Shown here: in pieces, positions 48,857 to 56,414 of the stretch
How positions within the stretch are numbered: the stretch's first letter is position 1
Layout of the letters: each line of letters begins with the position of its first letter
Origin: an uncultured Pelagibacteraceae bacterium
GTDB lineage: Bacteria; Pseudomonadota; Alphaproteobacteria; Pelagibacterales; AG-422-B15
Direction: 5' to 3'
DNA: 64,000 nt
NCBI GenBank assembly: GCA_902614655.1
Contig: CACMLX010000003.1
Coordinates: forward strand, 19,554 to 83,553
Notes under the pieces: model-generated
What the model was told of the DNA's origin: nothing
What the model saw: only the letters and a program-made list of their open reading frames with translations
Database searches by the model: none
Made by a program: the position numbers and the translations under genes

Positions 48857-50965
48857 ATGATTGTACCGTCTATCCGACAAGATCTGAAACTCAGTGAGGG
48901 ACCAAAGAAAGAGGACGGTTCAGCGTCGTGGCTTCTTTATGACTCACTAAGAAATAAATACTTTTCAATAAACAAAAAAGCATTTGATCTTCTTAAAAAT
49001 TGGTCAAGTGGAATTGAGACAACAGAATTTATTGAAAAAATTAAAAAAAGCAATCTGTCTATTACACAAGAAGAAATTGAAGAATTTATCAATTTTCTAA
49101 ATCTCAATAATTTAAGTATTAAAAAAACAGGTGATGAAGTTAAATCTTTAGTTGTTCAAAAAGAGAAACTTAATAAGCATTGGCTGTTAAAAATTATTCA
49201 TAATTATTTGTTCTTTAAAATCCCATTATTCAAACCAGGAAATGGTCTTGAAAACAGTTTACCTTTTGCATTGTTTCTTGGATCGCAAACCAGCAGACTC
49301 ATAATCTATACTCTGGGGATCATTGGTATTTTTTTAACAATCCAAAACTATGAAACATTTTTAACAACATTTTCTTATTTCTTTAATGTTAATGGATTGA
49401 TTTTGTTTGGTATAACGATTGTTTTTGTAAAGGCCTTGCACGAACTTGGGCACGCATATGTTGCCACTTATTATAAATGCAAAGTTTCTTCAATTGGTCT
49501 TGCAATGCTGGTTTTTTTCCCCTTCTTGTACACAGATACAACCGATGCTTATAAATTAACTGATCATAGAAAACGCTTACTGATTAATTTTGCAGGCATG
49601 CTGACTGAATTGCATCTTGCCCTGCTTGCTACATTTGTTTGGGCTGTAAGCCCTGAAGGTGTTATAAAAAGTGCCTCATTTTTTATTGCAACTTCAAGCT
49701 GGATATCATCACTTCTTATTAATATTAGTCCGTTTATGAGATTTGACGGATACTATGTGCTCTCAGATTTTCTTAAAGCGGAAAATCTTCAACCGCGCTC
49801 ATTTGCTCTAGGTCGATGGCAGATTAGAGAATGGATCTTTGGATTCAAATTCCAACCACCAGAACAACTCATGAGTCAAAGACGGTGGACTTTTATCATT
49901 TACGCATGGATGACATGGATATATCGCTTCTTCATATTTATTGGAATTGCCTTATTGGTCTATTATTTAACATTTAAAATTCTTGGCATCATTCTGTTCA
50001 TTATTGAGATTGTCTGGTTCATTTTACTACCAATTTGGAGAGAAATTAAACAGTGGTGGGGACTCAGAAGGTACATGCGTTTTAATTGGACTTCTTTGAG
50101 ATCAATTTTCATTTTTTCAGTTTTTTTGGCTGCAATGTTAGTACCATGGCGAAGTTCACTCAGTCTTCCTGCAGTGATTGATCGAGGTGAAGTGGTCGAT
50201 ATATATCCTACAGAAGCCTCTGAGATAAAAGAGATTTTTGTTATCTCAGATCAACAAGTCGAAAAGGGTGACTTATTAATCACAATGATGAGTCCGTCTT
50301 TATCAAATAAAGTTGATAAAGCAATTGAGCGCGTAAAGATGATACAACTAAAACTAGATCGTCGAATTGGATCAGAGGTTGATATGAGTAACCTCATGGT
50401 ATTAGAAAACCAATTAAAAGTAGAATTTGAAATTCTTAAAAGTCTTAAAGAAGAAAATAAAAATCTATCAATTTATGCACCAATGAGTGGGGTAATAAAA
50501 GACCTTAAGTATTTAAATAATGGACAATGGGTGAATATAAAAGAAAAATTATTTTCTATTGTTCAATTCAATGACACTAAAGTTGTTGCATTTATAAGTG
50601 AGAATGACTTGGACAAACTTGAAGGTAATACAAGCGGTTATTTTGTACCAAAAAATAATGAGTTTGATGAATCAGAAGTTGTCTTGGTTTCACAAAATAA
50701 TACATCGACAGAAGAACTTCCTTACTTATCATTAGTATCTACTTTTGGTGGATCAATTGCATCACGCGAAGTTAAGAGAGATGGAAAAGTTGTTTATCGA
50801 CCAGAAGAAGCTTTATACCAATTGAATTTTTCTACAAGTACAGAAGTTGAGACTGTTCAATGGCAAACAGCAGGTAAAGTAAAAATTCAAACTGAAAACT
50901 ATAATATTTTTCAAAATCTATTTAATTTGGTTTCATCAACATTAATTAGAGAAAGTGGATTTTAG
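48857..50965 (+). CDS. Site-2 protease (peptidase M50) fused to a C-terminal HlyD-like periplasmic domain, with an N-terminal PqqD/RRE-like cytoplasmic domain
   Basis: 702 aa. HELGH at nt 49439-49453 and second S2P motif NISPFMRFDG at 49721-49750, both in TM helices. The C-terminal approx 260 aa have lipoyl-like (IYPTEASEIKEIFVISDQQVEKGDLLITM / IYAPMSGVIKDL) and coiled-coil segments. N-terminal WLLYDSLRNKYFSINKKAFDLLKNW...TQEEIEEFINFLNLNNL resembles PqqD/RRE. ATG immediately follows the upstream TAA. Confidence 0.8.
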   Translation: MIVPSIRQDLKLSEGPKKEDGSASWLLYDSLRNKYFSINKKAFDLLKNWSSGIETTEFIEKIKKSNLSITQEEIEEFINFLNLNNLSIKKTGDEVKSLVVQKEKLNKHWLLKIIHNYLFFKIPLFKPGNGLENSLPFALFLGSQTSRLIIYTLGIIGIFLTIQNYETFLTTFSYFFNVNGLILFGITIVFVKALHELGHAYVATYYKCKVSSIGLAMLVFFPFLYTDTTDAYKLTDHRKRLLINFAGMLTELHLALLATFVWAVSPEGVIKSASFFIATSSWISSLLINISPFMRFDGYYVLSDFLKAENLQPRSFALGRWQIREWIFGFKFQPPEQLMSQRRWTFIIYAWMTWIYRFFIFIGIALLVYYLTFKILGIILFIIEIVWFILLPIWREIKQWWGLRRYMRFNWTSLRSIFIFSVFLAAMLVPWRSSLSLPAVIDRGEVVDIYPTEASEIKEIFVISDQQVEKGDLLITMMSPSLSNKVDKAIERVKMIQLKLDRRIGSEVDMSNLMVLENQLKVEFEILKSLKEENKNLSIYAPMSGVIKDLKYLNNGQWVNIKEKLFSIVQFNDTKVVAFISENDLDKLEGNTSGYFVPKNNEFDESEVVLVSQNNTSTEELPYLSLVSTFGGSIASREVKRDGKVVYRPEEALYQLNFSTSTEVETVQWQTAGKVKIQTENYNIFQNLFNLVSSTLIRESGF

Positions 50966-51039
50966 TGGTGCCCCTAGCTGGTTACGCTCCAGCGGCTGAT
51001 CATTACCAATGACCTGCTTTACTATTAAGCGATAGGGGC
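50966..51039 (-). tRNA. tRNA-Thr(GGU)-like gene with a non-canonical elbow (atypical D- and T-loops), encoded CCA
   Basis: Minus strand: GCCCCTA TC GCTT AATAGTA AAGC A GGTCA TTGGTAA TGATC AGCC GCTGG AGCGTAA CCAGC TAGGGGC ACCA. All four stems pair fully (7/4/5/5 bp, one G-U). U8, A14, A21, U33 and G53-C61 are present. The T-loop is AGCGTAA instead of TTCRANY and the D-loop has one G instead of GG. The anticodon is at 51005-51007. Confidence 0.6.
51020..51039. repeat. 20-nt direct repeat copy 1 (5' end of the tRNA-like gene)
   Basis: tactattaagcgataggggc is identical to 56376-56395. Confidence 0.9.
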
Positions 51040-51214
51040 AAAGCATTGATAACAAATAGTAATATCGTTTATACAATGTTGAATTATTTTCTGTGTAGCA
51101 ATAATGTAGCAGTTACACAGACTGCAATTCCTAGCTTTTCTGCAGTATAACACAGTTTTTTCATGATTGGATATGATTTAAGCCATTGATATACATACAT
51201 ACATGAACACCTTA

Positions 51215-51270
51215 CAAAACATATTTAATGCTACTACCTCAAATACTCATTCAGGAAAGTGGATTTTAGT
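51215..51270 (+). pseudogene. Degenerate relic of the 3' end of an M50-HlyD gene (duplicate of 50912-50966)
   Basis: Exact 16-mer gaaagtggattttagt at 50951-50966 and 51255-51270. Upstream, caaaacatatttaat (51215-51229) matches caaaatctatttaat (50912-50926). In the homologous frame the relic reads ...LIQESGF* against ...LIRESGF* in the intact gene. Confidence 0.6.
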
Positions 51271-51886
51271 TTATTTCAAGGCCGCCCTCAGTTTTGAGAA
51301 ACTCAGCAACATTTTCTATACCTTTATTATTCTTCATTTCACAAAAAATATAAGGCATGCCTGATCGGGCAGTTTCAACATCTAATTTCATTTGATCCAA
51401 ATCAACATTTACGTGATTTGCTAAATCGGTTTTATTGATGATTAGTAAATCAGATTTTCTTATTGCTGGCCCACCTTTGCGAGGAATATCACCTCCCATT
51501 CCAACATCAATTACATAGATTGATAAATCTACTAACTCTGGACTAAACGTTGCGGCCAAATTATCTCCACCTGACTCAATTAATAGCAATTGTAAATCAG
51601 GAAATTTTTGTTTCATTTCTTCTACAGCTAAGAGGTTGATCGAAGCATCCTCCCGAATAGCGGTATGAGGGCAACCACCTGTTTCAACGCCTTTAATTCT
51701 CTCAATTGGTAAAACTTGAGCTCTCATTAAATACTCGGCATCTTCTATTGTATAAATATCATTTGATATAACTGCCATTGAAATATTTTTAGATAAATTT
51801 TTGCACAAAGCCTCAGTAAGACTTGTTTTACCTGCACCAACTGGGCCGCCAATACCAATCTTTAAAGGACCTCGAAAATTATTCAC
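51266..51886 (-). CDS. ureG: Urease accessory GTPase UreG
   Basis: 206 aa. P-loop [20 protein letters not shown] and ESGGDNL motifs. Confidence 0.97.
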   Translation of the reverse strand: MNNFRGPLKIGIGGPVGAGKTSLTEALCKNLSKNISMAVISNDIYTIEDAEYLMRAQVLPIERIKGVETGGCPHTAIREDASINLLAVEEMKQKFPDLQLLLIESGGDNLAATFSPELVDLSIYVIDVGMGGDIPRKGGPAIRKSDLLIINKTDLANHVNVDLDQMKLDVETARSGMPYIFCEMKNNKGIENVAEFLKTEGGLEIN

Positions 51887-52542
51887 GTGACGTAAATTCT
51901 AGATTTAAGATTTTCGTGTTTCATACTGTAAATATCCGCATAAAACGTAGAACTGCGTAAATCGTCTAAGTTATAGTCTCTCATCGTATTATGAAAACTT
52001 TTCATCATTCCAAGAAATGAAACCATACAATCTTGACCATCTTTCTGACTTAAAGGTATATGTTTAACGCACATATTAATTAAGTTTGAGATGAATGATT
52101 GAATATAAAAATCAACCAAATCATCAAAGGCAATATGAAATTTAATACCTGCTTGAGCAATACAGACTGGGAAAGTGGTCTCATTATCTATTGTATAGCC
52201 CCAACTTTCTGACATAATTTTTCTGAATGCATCTCCCATTTTAAGTGTTTCAAGTTGACGTTCCTTGGATGCGCAGTTTGCAAGTACTAAATCATTTATA
52301 TCAATTCCGCCATAGACAGCCTTGATAAAGATATACTCATTTCTGCATGTTCCTTCATAGAGAATACTCTTGATAAATTCTAATACGTCATTTTTATTTT
52401 TGATAAGCTTATCATCAATTATACCCTCAAGACCATGCGAATATGCGTATGAACCAATAGGAAATGAAGACGAAAACCAAAGATGTAAAATTTGATGAGA
52501 TTTTAAATCTAATAAGTTTTTACTTTTAATGTTTGTGACCAT
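51883..52542 (-). CDS. ureF: Urease accessory protein UreF
   Basis: Track ORF reaches 52590, but ATG 52542 (MVTNIKS...) limits the overlap with ureE to 17 nt. The [21 protein letters not shown] motif is typical of UreF. Confidence 0.85.
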   Translation of the reverse strand: MVTNIKSKNLLDLKSHQILHLWFSSSFPIGSYAYSHGLEGIIDDKLIKNKNDVLEFIKSILYEGTCRNEYIFIKAVYGGIDINDLVLANCASKERQLETLKMGDAFRKIMSESWGYTIDNETTFPVCIAQAGIKFHIAFDDLVDFYIQSFISNLINMCVKHIPLSQKDGQDCMVSFLGMMKSFHNTMRDYNLDDLRSSTFYADIYSMKHENLKSRIYVT

Positions 52543-52969
52543 GCGTTCTTCCCATACCGTAAGCCCCTCCTTCAGGATTAAATTGTTCAATCACAGATTT
52601 TGTCTGCCCCCCAAGTCTTCTCACCATATTCTCAATTATATGGTCACTTTGTATTAGAATTCTTGTAGCCTCAATCTGACAGGGGATATGTCTATTCCCA
52701 ATATGCCATATTAATTTATTTAAATCTTCTGACTTGATCTCAATTAAGTTTTCTTTTTTTGATTTTATAGTAATTAATTTTCCACTCTCAAGTTTGAACG
52801 CTTGATTACTCACGACTGATCTCATCTCTTCAAGATCAACAAGAAATTCATGACCTTTGTCAGAAACTAATTTTTTGCGTCGCATGAATCTCTCCTCATA
52901 AGATAGCGAAATTGTATCAACCTCTTCAGAGGAATCACAGTTACTTAATATTGAATTACAAATTTCCAT
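52526..52969 (-). CDS. ureE: Urease accessory metallochaperone UreE
   Basis: 147 aa. WHIGNRHIP motif and His-containing tail GRTHGHKH. Position between ureC and ureF. Confidence 0.85.
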   Translation of the reverse strand: MEICNSILSNCDSSEEVDTISLSYEERFMRRKKLVSDKGHEFLVDLEEMRSVVSNQAFKLESGKLITIKSKKENLIEIKSEDLNKLIWHIGNRHIPCQIEATRILIQSDHIIENMVRRLGGQTKSVIEQFNPEGGAYGMGRTHGHKH

Positions 52970-52972
52970 AAG

Positions 52973-54679
52973 TCAGTACATAAAATATCTTTGTGCCATC
53001 GGCAGTTCTTCCGCTGGTTCACATGTTATAATTTCACCATTTGCTCTAACCTCATATGTTTCAGGATTTACATCTATAGTTGGACAAACATCATTTAAAA
53101 CCATATCTTTTTTTGAAATTGACCTTGTATTACTTACCGGCAGCATACTTTTTTGTATATTGAGATGATTAAGGCTGCCTGCCTCCAGAGAACTCTTGCT
53201 GACAAAAGTTACCGATGAGTTTTCAAGCGATCTTCCATAACTTCCAAACATTGGGCGGGTATATACAGGTTGGGGAGTTGGAATCGATGCGTTTGGATCG
53301 CCCATTTGAGCGCAGGCAATACTCCCACCCATTATTACAATCTCAGGCTTAACACCAAAGAAAGCTGGATCCCAGATAACGATATCGGCTCTTTTATTTT
53401 TTTCGAGACTGCCAACATAAGAAGAGATTCCATGAGCAATTGATGGGTTTATTGTATATTTTGCAAGGTAACGTTTAACTCTTAAATTATCATTATCACC
53501 TTGCTCTTCAGATAGTCTTCCTCGTTGCACTTTCATTTTATGAGCTGTTTGCCATGTTCTAATAATAACCTCACCAACGCGTCCCATAGCTTGACTATCA
53601 GATGCGATGATTGAGAAAGCACCCATATCGTGCAGTATGTCCTCAGCAGCCATTGTCTCTCTGCGTATTCTACTCTCAGCAAATGCTACGTCTTCAGGTA
53701 TTGATTTATCAAGGTGATGGCAAACCATCAGCATATCTAAGTGCTCTTCAACAGTGTTAACAGTAAATGGTCGTGTTGGATTAGTTGAGGATGGCAAAAC
53801 ATACGGTTCACCACAAATTTTTATTATATCAGGCGCGTGTCCACCACCAGCACCTTCAGTATGAAATGTATGAATGGTTCTTTTATTAATTGCATTGATT
53901 GTATTTTCCACAAAGCCACTTTCATTGAGTGTATCAGTATGTATCATGACCTGAACGTCGAATTTATCAGCAACATTTAAACAATTATCAATTGCACCAG
54001 GAGTAGAGCCCCAGTCCTCGTGAAGTTTGAGAGCAGCTGCTCCACCAAGAACTTGTTCCTCTAAACCAGAAGGCATCGAAGAATTTCCTTTGCCTGCATA
54101 AGCTAAATTCATCGAGAAAGCATCAGATGATTGAAGCATCCTGCCTATGTGCCATGGCCCAGGTGTGCAAGTAGTTGCTAATGTTCCATGTGCTGGTCCA
54201 GTACCTCCACCCAGCATCGTCGTAATGCCAGAATGTAAGGCGTCATCAATTTGCTGAGGACATATGAAATGTATATGACTATCAAAGCCGCCCGCCGTTA
54301 CAATTTTACCTTCACCTGCAATAACTTCAGTACCTGGACCAATTATAATATCCACACCAGGCTGTGTATCAGGGTTACCAGCTTTTCCAATATGGTCAAT
54401 ATTTCCGTTCTTTAGTCCAATATCTGCTTTAAATATCCCTGTGACATCTAGTATTAGAGCATTAGTAATAACTGTATCTACTGCGCCATCACTTCTTGAA
54501 ACCTGAGATTGTCCCATGCCATCGCGAATAACTTTGCCACCACCAAACTTGACTTCCTCACCATAGACTGTGAGGTCTTTTTCAACCTCTATGAAAAGTT
54601 CAGTATCAGCTAACCTTACTTTATCCCCTGTTGTGGGGCCATACATAGCTGCATAAGATTCTCTTGGAATTTTTTTCAT
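52973..54679 (-). CDS. ureC: Urease alpha subunit
   Basis: 568 aa. Contains [27 protein letters not shown] and GRVGEVI. Confidence 0.97.
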   Translation of the reverse strand: MKKIPRESYAAMYGPTTGDKVRLADTELFIEVEKDLTVYGEEVKFGGGKVIRDGMGQSQVSRSDGAVDTVITNALILDVTGIFKADIGLKNGNIDHIGKAGNPDTQPGVDIIIGPGTEVIAGEGKIVTAGGFDSHIHFICPQQIDDALHSGITTMLGGGTGPAHGTLATTCTPGPWHIGRMLQSSDAFSMNLAYAGKGNSSMPSGLEEQVLGGAAALKLHEDWGSTPGAIDNCLNVADKFDVQVMIHTDTLNESGFVENTINAINKRTIHTFHTEGAGGGHAPDIIKICGEPYVLPSSTNPTRPFTVNTVEEHLDMLMVCHHLDKSIPEDVAFAESRIRRETMAAEDILHDMGAFSIIASDSQAMGRVGEVIIRTWQTAHKMKVQRGRLSEEQGDNDNLRVKRYLAKYTINPSIAHGISSYVGSLEKNKRADIVIWDPAFFGVKPEIVIMGGSIACAQMGDPNASIPTPQPVYTRPMFGSYGRSLENSSVTFVSKSSLEAGSLNHLNIQKSMLPVSNTRSISKKDMVLNDVCPTIDVNPETYEVRANGEIITCEPAEELPMAQRYFMY

Positions 54680-54984
54680 TTAATTTTTCCCATGACTTTT
54701 TTATTAAATCCAAATAACTTTTTTAGTCCCTGTATTTCAATAAGTTCAACATCTCTTGTTTGCCCTGGTTCAAACCTTACTGCGGTTCCAGATGAAATGT
54801 TTAGTCTCATACCTATGGCTTTTTTTCTATCGAATTCAAGACTTTCATTTGCTTCGCCAAAGTGATAGTGGCTGCCGACTTGAATTGGCCGATCACCAGT
54901 ATTGGAGACTTTCATTGTCAAACTCACTAAATCTTTATTTAAAATTATATCACTGTCACTTGTAATTATTTCTCCTGGAATCAT
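54676..54984 (-). CDS. ureB: Urease beta subunit
   Basis: 102 aa. Contains MIPGEI...[19 protein letters not shown]. Confidence 0.95.
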   Translation of the reverse strand: MIPGEIITSDSDIILNKDLVSLTMKVSNTGDRPIQVGSHYHFGEANESLEFDRKKAIGMRLNISSGTAVRFEPGQTRDVELIEIQGLKKLFGFNKKVMGKIK

Positions 54985-54991
54985 ATAATTC

Positions 54992-55294
54992 TTACCTTAT
55001 GGGTTTATGCACCGTGACTAACTTTGTTCCATCCGGAAAAGTTGCTTCTGTCTGCACTTCGGCAATCATTTCAGCAACTCCGTCCATACAGTCATCCTTT
55101 TTTAATACATGTGCTGCACTTTCCATTAGTTCAGCTACAGATTTGCCGTCCCTTGCACCTTCAACAACATAATCAGAAATAATTGATACGGCTTCAGGGT
55201 AATTTAGTTTTATACCACGATCTAACCTCTTTCGAGCGACTATTGCAGCTATGCTGACCATCATTTTATCAATTTCTCTTGGAGAAAGCTTCAT
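54992..55294 (-). CDS. ureA: Urease gamma subunit
   Basis: ATG 55294 ([17 protein letters not shown]...) gives the canonical 100 aa. It overlaps the ureD stop as ATGA. The track's longer start at 55306 is unlikely. Confidence 0.95.
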   Translation of the reverse strand: MKLSPREIDKMMVSIAAIVARKRLDRGIKLNYPEAVSIISDYVVEGARDGKSVAELMESAAHVLKKDDCMDGVAEMIAEVQTEATFPDGTKLVTVHKPIR

Positions 55295-56088
55295 GCAGCA
55301 CCCCACATGTAAGGAATTTTATCATTCATCATGATTGATACGATATTTTTTGTAAATTTTTTTAAATAATAGTTATTGGATGAAATACTCCTTATTACTA
55401 TCTTACCATCCCATTCTGAAATACCAGTAGTTACACTTTTTTCATCATGTATATTATCCTTCAATACAGTATAAAATTTATTCATCTCTGAACCGAGTAT
55501 TATTATTGTGTTAACTGCAATATTATCATTAAGCATAAATTTATTTTCCCGCATTCTTTTTATATTATCTTCAAAGCCATTGATTTCAAGGTGAGCAATT
55601 TTATTATCATTAAATATTTTCCATCGATCATAGTAGTAACCTTTTTCAATCGTTTCATTCATTGCTGATCTTCCATAAACAACTGTTTCACAAAAAAATA
55701 AATTTGAATTATTTAAAAGATGGATATCAATTTGACGTCTTAGGTTACAATTATCAAAGAGGATTGTTTCATTTGGTATCCAAAAAAGAGCACTGTTATC
55801 AATGTTGATGGTATATTTAAGTTCAGCCGCGTCTCCATATCCACTATATACCTTCTCAGCAGCCTGACTTGTAGTGAGCATATGTGTATTGTGTAAGTCT
55901 ATATTGGTATTAAACTTATCTCCACTCGTTACACCTCCAGAAGTATTGATTAATACAAGTTGAGACAAATTAGAGTAGGATTGGGGCAGTAAGGCTTTAA
56001 GACACCCTTGCTGATACAATTTTTTAATATCATTATTTATAAACTCTACATCAATTGTACCTAAAGATTTCTGAAGATTTACTTTCAT
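55291..56088 (-). CDS. ureD: Urease accessory protein UreD
   Basis: Position and size fit UreD. The track start at 56115 is a TTG, and the first ATG is 56088 ([16 protein letters not shown]...). The start is uncertain between the two. Confidence 0.8.
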   Translation of the reverse strand: MKVNLQKSLGTIDVEFINNDIKKLYQQGCLKALLPQSYSNLSQLVLINTSGGVTSGDKFNTNIDLHNTHMLTTSQAAEKVYSGYGDAAELKYTINIDNSALFWIPNETILFDNCNLRRQIDIHLLNNSNLFFCETVVYGRSAMNETIEKGYYYDRWKIFNDNKIAHLEINGFEDNIKRMRENKFMLNDNIAVNTIIILGSEMNKFYTVLKDNIHDEKSVTTGISEWDGKIVIRSISSNNYYLKKFTKNIVSIMMNDKIPYMWGAA

Positions 56089-56288
56089 GAAATTATCATA
56101 GTGTTTTAATTTCAAGTTGACAAATAATTGTCATTTATTTTTATCATTAAAATTAAAGATACTATTTTGTAATATAAAAATTATATTTAAATTTTTTTTT
56201 GAGGATGTCATTTTGGCAAGTGTAAAGATTTGTATCCTTAATTTTTTTAAGAAAATATTTAGCAGTTAAAAAAATGAAAGGACGAATA

Positions 56289-56384
56289 ATGATCAAGAAA
56301 ATTTTAGTTGTTATGTCATTTTTCTTTTTTAGTATTACTGCGTATGCAGATACTATAAAAGTTGGCATATTACACTACTATTAA
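56289..56384 (+). pseudogene. urtA: 5' remnant of a urea ABC transporter binding-protein gene (urtA-like), truncated after 29 codons
   Basis: Manual translation gives MIKKILVVMSFFFFSITAYADTIKVGILHYY*. A signal peptide is followed by DTIKVGILH, matching my recollection of the conserved UrtA mature N-terminus (IKVGILHSLSGTM). The match ends exactly where the 20-nt repeat begins (56376). Divergent from ureD. Confidence 0.5.
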
Positions 56385-56395
56385 GCGATAGGGGC
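56376..56395. repeat. 20-nt direct repeat copy 2 (isolated copy of the tRNA-like 5' end)
   Basis: tactattaagcgataggggc. Flanks on both sides are unrelated to those of copy 1. Confidence 0.9.
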
Positions 56396-56414
56396 TAAAT
56401 GTGTTTTAGTTTAG

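Noticed and set aside
50966-51039. Reading the tRNA-like element on the plus strand
   Set aside because: The plus-strand fold gives a 5-bp D-stem, a 4-bp T-stem and no sensible anticodon arm. The minus strand gives a standard 7/4/5/5 cloverleaf ending in ACCA.
51191-51204. (ATAC)n microsatellite
   Set aside because: It has only about 3.5 units inside the insert. This is too short to call a functional or contingency repeat.
52543-52590. Extended N-terminus of ureF (and similarly 55295-55306 for ureA, 30820-30864 for the SBP, 25114-25131 for the GST)
   Set aside because: The longer starts create long overlaps or non-canonical N-termini. Internal ATGs give family-typical starts, and for the SBP the ATG is preceded by GGAGG and yields a signal peptide.
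56162-56368. 68-aa minus-strand ORF between ureD and ggt
   Set aside because: It is a Lys/Ile/Phe-rich translation of AT-rich spacer. It overlaps the better-supported plus-strand urtA-like stub with its signal peptide.
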